A stretch of 64,000 nt of DNA from an uncultured Aliarcobacter sp. (GTDB lineage Bacteria; Campylobacterota; Campylobacteria; Campylobacterales; Arcobacteraceae): assembly GCA_963664305.2 (NCBI GenBank), contig CAXXLV010000001.1:96001-160000 (forward strand), written 5' to 3'. The notes beneath the pieces were generated by a model, which was not told the DNA's origin, searched no databases, and saw nothing but the letters and a program-made list of their open reading frames with translations. The translations under genes and the position numbers were made by a program. Each line of letters begins with the position of its first letter. Position 1 is the stretch's first letter. Shown in pieces: positions 21,401 to 31,177 of this stretch.

Positions 21401-22841
21401 GTTCTTTTCCATCTTTTGCCATTGGCTCAATTACTTGGTCTAATACTTCATATGTTACATTAAAGAATTTTTGTTTTTTCTCTAAATTTTCTAATTTGTA
21501 ATCTTTAACATTTAAGAATGTATCTTCAATATACTCTTGAACATAATCCATATCATCATTTAACCATTTAGAATAGTGTTGTGATGATTTTAAATAATTA
21601 TTAATATCTTCTTCTTTTAAGATTTTTCCATGTTTAAGGTCAAGTGCAATCATTTGTCCTGATTGTAATCTTCCTCTTTCAAGAATATTATCATCTTCAA
21701 TTTTTAATGTTCCATACTCAGATGTAATATATAATTTATCATCTTTTGTAATAACATATTTAGAAGGTCTTAATCCATTTCTATCAATTAAACAACCAAT
21801 ATGTCTTCCATCTGTTAAAGAAACAGCAGCTGGCCCATCCCAAGCTTCCATCGCAGTTGATGTATATTCATAAAATGCTCTTAAGTTAGAATCCATATGA
21901 GGAGCATTTTGCCAAGGAGCAGGTACTAATGCACGTGCAGCTTTGAAGAAATCTACTCCATTTGCTAATAAAAATTCGAACATATTATCTAAAGATGTAG
22001 AATCTGAACCAACATTTTGTAAAATTGGTAATAATCTTTTCATTTCGTCTTCAGAGAAAATTTCTGATTTTAATTGTTCTGATTTTACTTCAACATTAAA
22101 TCTATTTGCTTCAACTGAATTTATCTCACCATTATGAGCAATTGCTCTAAAAGGTTGTGCTAATCTCCATAAAGGAAGTGTATTTGTTGAAAATCTTTGG
22201 TGAAATAATGAAAAAGAAATTTTAAAATCTTCATCTCTTAAATCAATATAAAAATGTTTAATGTGCGTAGGCATAATTAGCCCTTTATACGCGATAACCT
22301 TTGACGAAAATGTAGGAATATAAAAATCTTTCTTCTCTATTAATTTATGCTCACACTCTTTTCTTGTTAAGTATAGCATTGCATCAAATCTTTTTGATGA
22401 CATTAAAGTATTTGGCGTAACAAATACTTGAATAATATTTGGTAAGCTTTCTAAAGCTTGTTGACCTAAAGCGTCTGTATCAACAGGTACAGTTCTTGTT
22501 AAGATAACTTTTAAATCATTCTTTTCACAATACTCTTTAAATGTATCAATATCTTCTAAATCTTTTGCAAAAATCATTGCTACTGCATAGATTTCTGGTA
22601 AATCAACACCTTTTTGTGTCGCTATTTTTCTCATGAAAGAATCTGGCATTGATAATAATAAACCTGAACCATCTCCAGTTTTACCATCAGCTGCTACTGC
22701 ACCTCTATGCATCATTCTTTCAAGTGAAGTAATTGCATCTTCTAAATTTTTATGACTTGGTCGATTTTTCATATCAGCTACTAAACCAAACCCACAATTA
22801 TCTTTAAAAGATGTTAGTAAGTCTAAATTGCACCCCATCAT
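18402..22841 (-). CDS. gltB: Glutamate synthase large subunit
   Basis: CGFG Ntn cysteine, HQRFSTNT, KQVASGRFGV, QGAKPGEGGQLPG, CKILRICHTNKC, GXGXG domain. Confidence 0.98.
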   Translation of the reverse strand: MMGCNLDLLTSFKDNCGFGLVADMKNRPSHKNLEDAITSLERMMHRGAVAADGKTGDGSGLLLSMPDSFMRKIATQKGVDLPEIYAVAMIFAKDLEDIDTFKEYCEKNDLKVILTRTVPVDTDALGQQALESLPNIIQVFVTPNTLMSSKRFDAMLYLTRKECEHKLIEKKDFYIPTFSSKVIAYKGLIMPTHIKHFYIDLRDEDFKISFSLFHQRFSTNTLPLWRLAQPFRAIAHNGEINSVEANRFNVEVKSEQLKSEIFSEDEMKRLLPILQNVGSDSTSLDNMFEFLLANGVDFFKAARALVPAPWQNAPHMDSNLRAFYEYTSTAMEAWDGPAAVSLTDGRHIGCLIDRNGLRPSKYVITKDDKLYITSEYGTLKIEDDNILERGRLQSGQMIALDLKHGKILKEEDINNYLKSSQHYSKWLNDDMDYVQEYIEDTFLNVKDYKLENLEKKQKFFNVTYEVLDQVIEPMAKDGKEPVGSMGDDTPLACFSKVNRNFTDFFRQKFAQVTNPPIDPYREKVVMSLETGFGKIHNILDEKPEYARRLKVTSPILMKEKYDVLYSFGDEKSPRYEEYYKNRIFSTTFKSDLKASLEKLASYVVKAVKEDGVSVIILDDRAVNENEKVIPAAMAVGYVNQKLLKEGIRHKASIVSITGEVYDPHMAAVLIAFGVTAIYPYMMYASTVAFFQREKPTKYEMQKYLKNTQKSVNAGLLKIMSKMGICTIASYRNSGLFDIIGLSDEIINDCFTGAHSELAGLNYSDIEEKINKSHHNAFKEENTVFPLDLGGFYKYSNGGEYHDYGPATTKAMHNKQATSKEDITDFEGLRELVKNRDKKFIRDFLEFNSDRKAIDISEVESKEDIFKRFATAAMSLGSISPEAHEAMATAMNTIGGMSNSGEGGEDAKRFGTIRNSKIKQVASGRFGVTPAYLRSAEELQIKVAQGAKPGEGGQLPGHKVTGLIATLRHTVPGVTLISPPPHHDIYSIEDLAQLIFDLKQINPLAKITVKLVSSIGVGTIAAGVAKAYADKIIISGGDGGTGAAPLTSIKHAGNPWEMGLSEAHNALKANHLREFVHVQTDGGLKTGLDVVKAAMLGAESYAFGTASLTLLGCKILRICHTNKCSVGVATQDETLRDHFTGTVERLISYFTFIAEDVRNILASLGYKTIEEIVGRSDLLKVIDDKFAQKFDFQNILRRVDGIDTCQKDTNAPFDDNKFEKELLKKVHRTIENPSSPVKVSAEISNLNRSFGALISGEIARFYGDKGLPENSITINLKGIAGQSFGAFLSKGMNLHLEGAANDYVGKGMNGGKIIINPAHQGPSFAGAGNTCLYGATGGKLYVRAAVGERFGVRNSGAIAVVEGTGDNPCEYMTGGIAVILGNTGINFGAGMTGGLAFVYDPEKTFVDKMNQELIEPVRVDTDDTERERLYLKRLLLDYLHETQSEIAEYILQNFRAEIRNFWMVKPKNMTVLPLDPDKGD

Positions 22842-23058
22842 TTTCCTTTATATATTTAATCTTTTTATATTCCGTAGTAAAGTTGGATAATAATATACTA
22901 TAAATTAGTTTAAATGTAGTTAAATACACAGAATATTGAATCTCTTCAATCTGACATTATACATTATTATATAGTATTAAATTGTTAAAAATTTATATAA
23001 ATTTTATACAAAAGATATTTTTTAACTAATTGTATATTTTGACTTAAAAATTTTTATT

Positions 23059-23100
23059 TACAATTTTGTACATAATAGTTACATAATTTTTAACTATAAT
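23059..23100 (+). promoter_or_regulatory. dctP promoter: TACA(T)A direct repeats followed by a TATAAT -10 box
   Basis: TACAATT at 23059, TACATAAT at 23069 and 23080, TATAAT at 23095-23100, AAGGAG SD before the ATG at 23132. Confidence 0.55.
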
Positions 23101-23131
23101 TTTTTATATCAAAATTAAGGAGAGCAAAGAT

Positions 23132-24124
23132 ATGAAAAAATTAGTTTTAGGAACAATTGCAGCAGCGATGTTAGCAACTTCAGGATTAGCAGCAGACTAC
23201 ACAATGAAAGTAAGCCACGTTGTTAGTGCTAGTACACCAAAAGGAAAAGCAGCTGATTTCTTTGAAAAAAGAGTTGAAGAATTAACTGGTGGAAAAATTG
23301 ATGTTCAAGTATTCCCAAATTCTCAATTATATGGTGATGGTGAAGAAATTAAAGCACTTGTAATGAATAATGTACAAGTAATTATGCCAAGTTTATCTAA
23401 ATTTACAAGTGTTGCACCACAAATGCAATTATTTGATTTACCTTTCATTTTTAGAGATAAAGCACATCTTTATAATGTAATGGATGGAGAAGTTGGTCAA
23501 ACTTTAAAATCTTTTGTAGATGCTAAAAAACAAATGATTGCTATGGATTACTGGGATGCAGGATTCAAAGATTTCTCAAGTAGCACAAAACCTTTAGTTG
23601 TACCTGCTGATGCAGAAGGAATGAAATTTAGAATTCAAAGTTCAAAAGTTTTAGAAGCACAATTTAAAGCTGTTGGTGGAAATCCACAAGTTTTACCATT
23701 CTCTGAAGTATATTCTGCTTTACAACAAGGTGTTGTTGATGGAACTGAGAACCCATTATCTAACTTCTATACAAAAAAATTCCACGAAGTTCAATCTAGT
23801 CTTACTTTAAGTAACCACGGTTATTTAGGTTACCTTGTTGTTATGAATGAGCAATTCTGGAATAAATTACCAAAAGATTTACAAGACAAAGTTTCTCAAG
23901 CTATGAAAGAAGCAACTGAATTAGAGAGAAAAGAGTCTGCTGTTGAAGATGCTAGAATTATGGAAGAGTTAACTAAATACTCTAAAGAGACTGGAAAACT
24001 TCAAATTATTGAATTAACACCTGAGCAAAAACAACAATGGCAAAAAGCTATGTCAGTTGTTTATCCTAAGTTTTATGACGTAATTGGTGAAGATTTAATT
24101 AAAAAAGCAATTGAAACAAAATAA
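23132..24124 (+). CDS. dctP: TRAP transporter substrate-binding protein (C4-dicarboxylate type)
   Basis: Signal peptide; SHVV..TPKG, FPNSQL, KFRIQ, FSEVYSALQQGVVDGTEN. Confidence 0.95.
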   Translation: MKKLVLGTIAAAMLATSGLAADYTMKVSHVVSASTPKGKAADFFEKRVEELTGGKIDVQVFPNSQLYGDGEEIKALVMNNVQVIMPSLSKFTSVAPQMQLFDLPFIFRDKAHLYNVMDGEVGQTLKSFVDAKKQMIAMDYWDAGFKDFSSSTKPLVVPADAEGMKFRIQSSKVLEAQFKAVGGNPQVLPFSEVYSALQQGVVDGTENPLSNFYTKKFHEVQSSLTLSNHGYLGYLVVMNEQFWNKLPKDLQDKVSQAMKEATELERKESAVEDARIMEELTKYSKETGKLQIIELTPEQKQQWQKAMSVVYPKFYDVIGEDLIKKAIETK

Positions 24125-24136
24125 TAAAGTTAAAAT

Positions 24137-24694
24137 ATGAAAAAATTCTTTGAAATTATCGACATAATTGTAGGTACTATCAACCAAACAATGGCAGTTT
24201 TTGGACTGTCATTGGGGGTTTTACTTGCATTTATCAATGTTATATTAAGATATGGTTTTGATATGAGCATAACTTGGGCCGCAGAACTTACAAATTACCT
24301 TTTTATTTGGTCAGCCCTTTTTGGTGCAGCATATGGTTTTAAGCAAGGTGCACATATTTCAGTAACTTTACTTATTGAAAAATTTCCTCCAGTTATTACA
24401 AAATTCTTTTTGATTTTTGCAAATTTTATTTCAATTGCATATCTAGCGTTAATATCATATTTTGGATATGAATTAATACTTATGTTAAAAGATTTTGGAG
24501 AAATGAGTGTTGATTTAGAGATTCCATTATGGGTTCCTCATTTAGTACTTCCAATTGCATTTGGACTAGCAGCATATAGAACAGCTGAAAAATTAGTTGA
24601 AATTTACTTAACAGATTCTAAAGATATTCAACTATTCAATGAACATGAAGCAGTAATTCATGAAGTAACTTCTCATAATAAAGGAGAAAAATAA
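24137..24694 (+). CDS. dctQ: TRAP transporter small permease
   Basis: 4 TM; NVILRY..WAAEL..YLFIW..GAHI; lies between dctP and dctM. Confidence 0.93.
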   Translation: MKKFFEIIDIIVGTINQTMAVFGLSLGVLLAFINVILRYGFDMSITWAAELTNYLFIWSALFGAAYGFKQGAHISVTLLIEKFPPVITKFFLIFANFISIAYLALISYFGYELILMLKDFGEMSVDLEIPLWVPHLVLPIAFGLAAYRTAEKLVEIYLTDSKDIQLFNEHEAVIHEVTSHNKGEK

Positions 24695-24695
24695 T

Positions 24696-25976
24696 ATGGT
24701 TATTGCAACACTGTTTATTTTACTTTTCGTACTTATGCTTTTAGGAGTACCTGTTGCAGTTGCTCTTGGAACAACAACATTAATAACTTCATTTTTCTTT
24801 ACAGATATGGATTTAATGGGAATTCCATCAAAAGTTTTTGATGGTTTAAATAAATATACACTTATGGCTATTCCAATGTTTATCTTAGCTGGTTCTTTAT
24901 TATCAAGAGGATCATCAGCTACAAGAATAATTGAATTTGCAAAGAGTTTAGTAGGACACCTTCCTGGTGGGCTTCCAATTGCTGCAATTCTTGCATCAAT
25001 AATCTTTGCAGCTGTTAGTGGTAGTTCTCCTGCAACTGTTGCTGCTATTGGTTCAGTTATGTATGGAGCAATTAAACAAGCAGGATATAACGAACAATTT
25101 GCGATTGGTACAATTGCTACATCTGGAACATTAGGTATTCTAATTCCACCATCAATTGTTTTCATCGTTTTTGGGGTAACTGCTGACCAATCAATTGGTA
25201 AATTATTTATGGCAGGGGTAATTCCTGGACTTATGATTGGTGTAATGATGATGGTTGCAACTTATTTCCTAGCTAAAAAAAGTGGATTTAAAGGTGCAAA
25301 AAGAGCAACATTTAAAGAACAATTTATAGCATTTAAAAATGCTTTTTGGGCTCTTTTAATTATCGTAATTGTTATTGGTGGAATTTATGGAGGAATCTTT
25401 ACTCCAACAGAAGCTGGAGCATTCAGTGTTATGTATGCTTTCTTTGTATCTTTCTTTATTTATAGAGATACTAAATTTAAAGATTTATATAAAATCATTT
25501 TAGATTCAGCACAAACAAGTTCTATGATTTTCTTTATCATTGCAAATGCTATGCTTTTTGCTCACTTCCTAACAGATGAGCAAATTCCTCAACATATCAC
25601 AGAAATGATTATTGAAGCAAATATGGGACCTTTAATGTTCTTATTAATTGTAAATATTTTACTTTTATTAATGGGACAATTTATGGAGCCAAGTTCAGTT
25701 GTTATGATTACAGTACCATTATTACTTCCAATTGGTGTTGCATTAGGAATTGATCCTATTCATCTTGGTGTTATTATGGTTGTAAATATGGAAATTGGTA
25801 TGATTACCCCACCTGTAGGACTAAATTTATTCGTTGCAAGTGGTATTACGGGACTTAGTCTAAAACAAGTAATCATTGCTTCTTTACCAATGACTTCTAT
25901 ATTATTAATTGGATTATTACTGATTACATATATTCCAGAAATTTCACTGTGGTTACCACGTTTAATGTATGGATAA
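24696..25976 (+). CDS. dctM: TRAP transporter large permease
   Basis: AIPMFILAG, SGSSPAT, GTLGILIPPS, FTPTEA, ITPPVGLNLF. Confidence 0.96.
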   Translation: MVIATLFILLFVLMLLGVPVAVALGTTTLITSFFFTDMDLMGIPSKVFDGLNKYTLMAIPMFILAGSLLSRGSSATRIIEFAKSLVGHLPGGLPIAAILASIIFAAVSGSSPATVAAIGSVMYGAIKQAGYNEQFAIGTIATSGTLGILIPPSIVFIVFGVTADQSIGKLFMAGVIPGLMIGVMMMVATYFLAKKSGFKGAKRATFKEQFIAFKNAFWALLIIVIVIGGIYGGIFTPTEAGAFSVMYAFFVSFFIYRDTKFKDLYKIILDSAQTSSMIFFIIANAMLFAHFLTDEQIPQHITEMIIEANMGPLMFLLIVNILLLLMGQFMEPSSVVMITVPLLLPIGVALGIDPIHLGVIMVVNMEIGMITPPVGLNLFVASGITGLSLKQVIIASLPMTSILLIGLLLITYIPEISLWLPRLMYG

Positions 25977-26008
25977 AAAAGAAGAGATTTTTAATCTCTT
26001 CTTTTTTA
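25974..26008. terminator. Bidirectional intrinsic terminator between convergent dctM and the phosphodiesterase gene
   Basis: Perfect 16-bp inverted repeat TAAAAAAGAAGAGATT-ttt-AATCTCTTCTTTTTTA spanning from one stop codon to the other. Confidence 0.88.
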
Positions 26009-26713
26009 AACTAAAAAATTCTCAAAAATTACAGCTGAAACTTTATCTTTAATCTCTTCAAAATCTTTTTTATTTTTAATTGTCCACATTATAACTTCTA
26101 AATTTCTTTTTTTACAAAAACTATAAATCGAACTATCTATTAGTTTATCTTCCAAAGATACAAAATTTGGTTTTGTTTTAAAATATCTATATAAAAAAAG
26201 TAAACTTTGATATTTTTTTAATTTTTTAGGAAAAGATTCAAAAATCAAACCTCTTTTCTCATTTGTTTGATTATTTTTAAACCAAATCAAAATCTCTTTT
26301 TCGAAAGAACAAAAGAGATAATTATTTGGATAATGTTTTAACTTATCTATTAAAATATTTTCTAATAAACCAATATTTTGATGTTTTTTTATCTCTATGA
26401 TTAAAGGTATTTTTCCTTTTATTAAATTCAATACTTCATCAAATAAAGGTATTTTTTCTTCTGTTTCATATAATTTTAATTCTTTCAAAAAAGAGAACTC
26501 TATCTCTTCAATTTTCTCTTTTTTATCACATAATCTTTTTAAATCATCATCATGGAAAACTACTATTTGATTGTCTTTTGTTATATTAATATCAAATTCA
26601 ATTGCATAACCTTTTTCAAGTGCTTTTTTAAAAGCTAATAAAGAGTTTTCAGGAGTTACTCTTTTTTCATGCAAACCACGATGAGCTATGAGTTTGTTTT
26701 TAAACAAACTCAT
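26006..26713 (-). CDS. Glycerophosphodiester phosphodiesterase family protein
   Basis: IAHRG, PENSLLAF, IEFD, VVFHD, IEIK, WTI. Confidence 0.9.
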   Translation of the reverse strand: MSLFKNKLIAHRGLHEKRVTPENSLLAFKKALEKGYAIEFDINITKDNQIVVFHDDDLKRLCDKKEKIEEIEFSFLKELKLYETEEKIPLFDEVLNLIKGKIPLIIEIKKHQNIGLLENILIDKLKHYPNNYLFCSFEKEILIWFKNNQTNEKRGLIFESFPKKLKKYQSLLFLYRYFKTKPNFVSLEDKLIDSSIYSFCKKRNLEVIMWTIKNKKDFEEIKDKVSAVIFENFLV

Positions 26714-28289
26714 AATTTATATCTTTTATTGAAGTATCTTTAGGTACAAAAATAGCGAATTTTGCACCATCTTTTGTATTTCTTACTCTTAGTTTTCCTT
26801 TCATATTTTTATCAACAATGATTTTTGACATATAAAGCCCTATTCCCGTTCCATCACTTGCTGATTTGGTAGTAAAATATGGTTCAAAAATTTTTCCTTT
26901 TGGTTCAACTAAAACTCCACCACCATTATCTTCAACATATAAAACTACATAAGTATCTTCTTCATAAGCACTTATTTTTATAGTTGGATTTTTTATATTT
27001 TTTTCTATTAAGACATCTTTAGCATTATTTATAATATTCAATAAAACTTGCTGATATTCATTTAAATATGTACGCAAAACAATGTTTTTATCAACATTTA
27101 CTTCAACTTTAATATTGTAATTTTTTAGAGTACTTGAAACAATATTCATAACTAACTCAATAACTTTATATAAATAAAATTCCTCTTTTTCTTTTTTAGG
27201 CATAAAAAAGTTTCTAAAATCATCTATTGTTTGGGACATATATTCCAAAACTTTATCAGCTTCATGAGATTTTTGTTCCATTGTTTTTTCATCAAGGGCA
27301 TTGATACTATATTTAAATTTTATAAACATCAAGATAGATGAAAGCTCACTTAATGGCTGTCTCCATTGATGTGCAATATTTGAAATCATCTCTCCAAGTG
27401 CTATAAATTTTGATTTTTGAACTAATAACTGCTCTTTTTCTCTATTTTTTTCTATTTCATTTTTTACTTTTTCTTCTAAAGATTGATTTAGTTCTTCCAT
27501 TTCTTTTGCATTTGATAAAACTTTATTTTCATAATTTTTAAGTACATCATCAATCTTTTTAGATATAAAAATTGAGATTAAAATGGCAATTGATAAAAAC
27601 ATTACAAATAAAACTATATTTTGAACTATTTGATTTTTTACTCTTTTTTTAAACTCTTTAGTTTTTGCTGCAAGCTCATTTTCCATATCATCTGTATAAA
27701 CACCAACAGCTATAATCCAATTCCATTTTTCATAATATTTAAAATATGAAATTTTTTGTTTAATCTCTTTTGTATCAGGTTTTTTATATGAATATTTTGT
27801 AAAAGATTCACCTTTTTGTCTTATATCTCTTAAAAAATCTTCTCTAAATTTTTTACCATCTGTATCAGTATAATTTGTAGAAATATAAGTTCCTACTAAA
27901 TCTAATCTATTTGGATTTACAATCAATTTTGCAAAATCATCTCCACCTTGCATATTTTTAACTTCATAAACAAAAAAATAGTTACTGGTATTTTCTTCAA
28001 AAGTGATGTTATTAAAAAGTCTAATAGCATCCATTTTTTGTTCTTCATCATCTAAATTTGATTTAACAATATTGTAATTCATAATATCAATAACTGTATT
28101 TATCTCTTTTTTTAAGGTATTCTTTTTATCTGTATAATATTCTTCTTGGTATTTTTCCATCTCTATATCAAAATCATTATATGTATTTTTTACATAAAAA
28201 TATGACATTGCAAAAACCATTGTTGACATAATTATAATAAATGTAAAAATAATAATTTTTGATAAATTTTTTTCAGTAATTAATCCCAA
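26700..28289 (-). CDS. Membrane sensor histidine kinase with a periplasmic Cache domain
   Basis: TM-Cache (YFFVY..NPNR..G..D.DGK..Y.YKKP..K.SY..WNWIIAVGVY)-TM, IAHQWRQPL H-box, DNGGG, FEPYFTTK, GTGIGL. Confidence 0.93.
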   Translation of the reverse strand: MGLITEKNLSKIIIFTFIIIMSTMVFAMSYFYVKNTYNDFDIEMEKYQEEYYTDKKNTLKKEINTVIDIMNYNIVKSNLDDEEQKMDAIRLFNNITFEENTSNYFFVYEVKNMQGGDDFAKLIVNPNRLDLVGTYISTNYTDTDGKKFREDFLRDIRQKGESFTKYSYKKPDTKEIKQKISYFKYYEKWNWIIAVGVYTDDMENELAAKTKEFKKRVKNQIVQNIVLFVMFLSIAILISIFISKKIDDVLKNYENKVLSNAKEMEELNQSLEEKVKNEIEKNREKEQLLVQKSKFIALGEMISNIAHQWRQPLSELSSILMFIKFKYSINALDEKTMEQKSHEADKVLEYMSQTIDDFRNFFMPKKEKEEFYLYKVIELVMNIVSSTLKNYNIKVEVNVDKNIVLRTYLNEYQQVLLNIINNAKDVLIEKNIKNPTIKISAYEEDTYVVLYVEDNGGGVLVEPKGKIFEPYFTTKSASDGTGIGLYMSKIIVDKNMKGKLRVRNTKDGAKFAIFVPKDTSIKDINYEFV

Positions 28290-28354
28290 TTTTAAACCTT
28301 CTTAACCTAATTTAGCTATGATAACATAATTTTTATAATAAGGATTTTTAGATT

Positions 28355-29041
28355 ATGCAAAATGATTTTATAAATAAACTTAATGCCTTTACTGTTTTAT
28401 ATGCTGAAGATGAAGATGGAATTAGAAACAATATTCAAGAAATTCTACAACATCTATTTAAAGAAGTTTATAGTGCAAAAAATGCAAGTGAAGCTTATAT
28501 GAAATATATTGAGAATAATCCAGATTTAATTATTACAGATATAAAAATGGGGAATGAAACAGGTATTGACCTTGTAAAAAAGATTAGAAAATCTGATTCA
28601 AAAACTAGAATTATTATTACCTCAGCATTTACCGATTTAGAATATTTACTTCAAGCAACTGAACTTCATTTGATTAAATACATTGTAAAACCAATAACTC
28701 AAGATAAGTTAATGGAAGCACTTGGAGCTTTTGTAAATAGTTATGATAATTCAAAAATTTATAATCTAATTCCTAACTGGATTTTTGATTATAGCAAAGC
28801 CGTAGTTTCAAATGGAAAAGAAGAGTTTACTCTAACTAAAAAAGAGAATAACTTCCTAAAATTACTTATTAGCAAAAATAGAATAATCACTTATGAAGAA
28901 TTAGAAACAAATATTTGGGATGAAGATTCTGTTATGACTTCAAATGCAATGAGACTTTTTATCAAAAACTTTAGAAAAAAACTTCCTAAAGATTTTCTAA
29001 AAAACGTTCAAGGAGTTGGATATAAATTAGTTAGAGATTAA
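28355..29041 (+). CDS. OmpR-family response regulator
   Basis: YAEDE, ITDIKM, YIVKP receiver domain; winged-helix C-terminus (FRKKL..NVQGVGYKL); divergent from the kinase gene. Confidence 0.93.
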   Translation: MQNDFINKLNAFTVLYAEDEDGIRNNIQEILQHLFKEVYSAKNASEAYMKYIENNPDLIITDIKMGNETGIDLVKKIRKSDSKTRIIITSAFTDLEYLLQATELHLIKYIVKPITQDKLMEALGAFVNSYDNSKIYNLIPNWIFDYSKAVVSNGKEEFTLTKKENNFLKLLISKNRIITYEELETNIWDEDSVMTSNAMRLFIKNFRKKLPKDFLKNVQGVGYKLVRD

Positions 29042-29857
29042 CTTTATATCCTCTTTTTCTTCATCTTTTTGAACTTCTTTATTTGAATTTTTTTCTAACT
29101 TATCTAACTCATAAAAGTAAGAGTGTCCTAAATAAATTATAAAATAAACTGCACTAAATAAAGTTGCAAAAGGAACCATAGAAACTAAATATAGAAATAG
29201 TGTTCTAAGTCTAAAACTATTTGCTTCTTTTTTATAAATCTTTTTATATTGTTCTTTTGTCAAAATTGTTGAACTCACATCAAAATTTAAAAGCTTATGA
29301 AAGAAATAATAAAGTGGTAAAGCAAAAGCAATTATATTTAATACTGGAACAAAATAAACTGGTATTAAAATCAAAAATAATAACACCATCATCGATAAAC
29401 TTTTGAATAATTCCCACAATGATAAAAATAGTGTTCCATATCCATTTAATGTAAGATGAGAATAATATCTTTTATGTAAAATTCCCAAAATCATTGGTGT
29501 TAAAAAACCTATAATAATAATTGATAATATCACTGAAGCTTGTAAAATCAAAACTGTACCAATTGTATAAAGTAAAAAACCAGCTAACCAAGAGGTAAAA
29601 GAGTATTTAAACAAAAATATTATTAGATATGTAAACCAAACAAAATAAAAAGGTGCATTTTCGTCAATAACAACTTCTTGACCATTTTGTGAAGCTTGTG
29701 CTATTTCTTGTAAATTTGATATCCCAAAATCTGCAGCTGCAAAAAACATAGAATATAAAATCAACATTGTTATAAATAAAGGTATCAGTGCAATTTTTAA
29801 CATTGAACTTGTAAAAAAATCTTTTATACTTTTAAATATCGTTTCTATTTCATTCAT
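29027..29857 (-). CDS. EI24/CysZ-like membrane protein
   Basis: Several TM helices in the EI24-domain style; start moved from 29917 to the ATG at 29857 (MNEIETIFK), which removes the overlap with the upstream gene and has an AAGGA SD. Confidence 0.65.
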   Translation of the reverse strand: MNEIETIFKSIKDFFTSSMLKIALIPLFITMLILYSMFFAAADFGISNLQEIAQASQNGQEVVIDENAPFYFVWFTYLIIFLFKYSFTSWLAGFLLYTIGTVLILQASVILSIIIIGFLTPMILGILHKRYYSHLTLNGYGTLFLSLWELFKSLSMMVLLFLILIPVYFVPVLNIIAFALPLYYFFHKLLNFDVSSTILTKEQYKKIYKKEANSFRLRTLFLYLVSMVPFATLFSAVYFIIYLGHSYFYELDKLEKNSNKEVQKDEEKEDIKLISN

Positions 29858-29858
29858 A

Positions 29859-30743
29859 TTAATTTTCCTTTTTATCAAATCTTGTTCGATATTCACATTT
29901 TCGACAAAGTTCTTCAACTAAAATATTTTTTTTAAATCCATTTTGAATATCTAAAACTTTTTTTGATTTTAATATATCATCTATTTGTGTATTGTTTGTA
30001 TTCCCTAGATTTATAACTGCATTTTGGTCTAAACAACAAGGAATTACATCACCATTTGTTAAAATCCCAAAATGTGAATCTAAACCATAACAAAAACCTT
30101 TTGTTGAAACTATTTCATTATTTAAAGATGGCCAGTTAAAATATTCATCAAAATTAAAAAATATTTTTCTATCTATTCTTATATTTTTAAGTCTTTGTTT
30201 ATAAACTTCTTCTATATTTATTTCTGTATTAAATGCTTCATTTATTTTATTAAAAACTTTTGTATTAAACTCTTTTGCACTTTTTTCTTCATCCAAATTC
30301 CAAATTCTAAAATTTATAAAATATTCATGTTTTCTACTTTGAGCAAACTTTACAAAATTTATAATTGGTTCTAAATATTCATCTAAACTTTTTTTATGAG
30401 AATTTGCATTATATGAATTTATTGAAAAATTTATTTGCTTAATTGTAGGATTTAAAAGTGTTTCATAATGTTTTTCATTTATATTATTTGCTGTTGTAGT
30501 AATATTTACTTTTAAATCATGTTTTAAACTAATATTTAGATATTCATTTAAATTTGATAAAACAAGTGGGTCACCAACAACATGATAAGCTAACTCTTTT
30601 GTATATGGTTTTAGTTGAGAATTTAAACTATCAAAATGTTCTAAACTCATTATTCCATTTGGTAAGGTTTTTGGAGGACAAAATGTACACTTTAAATTAC
30701 AGATATTTGTTATTTCAATATGTACTTTTTTAAATTTTTTAAT
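29859..30743 (-). CDS. Radical SAM / SPASM(twitch)-domain protein, probable ATT start
   Basis: In-frame extension upstream of the ATG at 30650 encodes IKKFKKVHIEITNICNLKCTFCP (CxxxCxxC); C-terminal C..G.V.PCC.D..LGN..C..C. Confidence 0.85.
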   Translation of the reverse strand: MKKFKKVHIEITNICNLKCTFCPPKTLPNGIMSLEHFDSLNSQLKPYTKELAYHVVGDPLVLSNLNEYLNISLKHDLKVNITTTANNINEKHYETLLNPTIKQINFSINSYNANSHKKSLDEYLEPIINFVKFAQSRKHEYFINFRIWNLDEEKSAKEFNTKVFNKINEAFNTEINIEEVYKQRLKNIRIDRKIFFNFDEYFNWPSLNNEIVSTKGFCYGLDSHFGILTNGDVIPCCLDQNAVINLGNTNNTQIDDILKSKKVLDIQNGFKKNILVEELCRKCEYRTRFDKKEN

Positions 30744-30853
30744 AACTTTTTCCTTATTTTAATTTCCAAATTGTACCGAATAGTTATTAAAAATAATCAA
30801 TTACTAAATTGAGTTTAACTATAATCTATCTCACTATTAATAAAGGTAAAAAC

Positions 30854-31177
30854 ATGGAAATGATTTTAAATGAAAATGATTTAGTAGTTGGTGCTAGATT
30901 TGAAAATGGAACTATTCAAGATTATGTTGATGAGAAAAAAACATATGGATTGATTAGAATTGAAGATTCTACGGCAAATTGGTTCTTATTTAACAAAGAA
31001 GAAAGTGAAGAAGATTTACAAAAACTTTACAAAAAAGTTTTAAAAGAAGAACATTTTATAGAAGATGATTTTGGTGAAGAGATAGTTGTTTTCAATAAAA
31101 TTGGAGATAAACCATTTGAAGCATTCATCGAAAAAATTGATGAATACCTTGGTGATGAAATGGGAAATTTAATCTAA
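30854..31177 (+). CDS. Hypothetical acidic protein
   Basis: Open frame with an AAGG SD before the ATG at 30854; no motif recognised. Confidence 0.7.
   Translation: MEMILNENDLVVGARFENGTIQDYVDEKKTYGLIRIEDSTANWFLFNKEESEEDLQKLYKKVLKEEHFIEDDFGEEIVVFNKIGDKPFEAFIEKIDEYLGDEMGNLI

Noticed and set aside
22954..22967. ACATTAT tandem repeat in the gltB-dctP intergenic region
   Set aside because: Two copies of an AT-rich 7-mer are not distinguishable from chance
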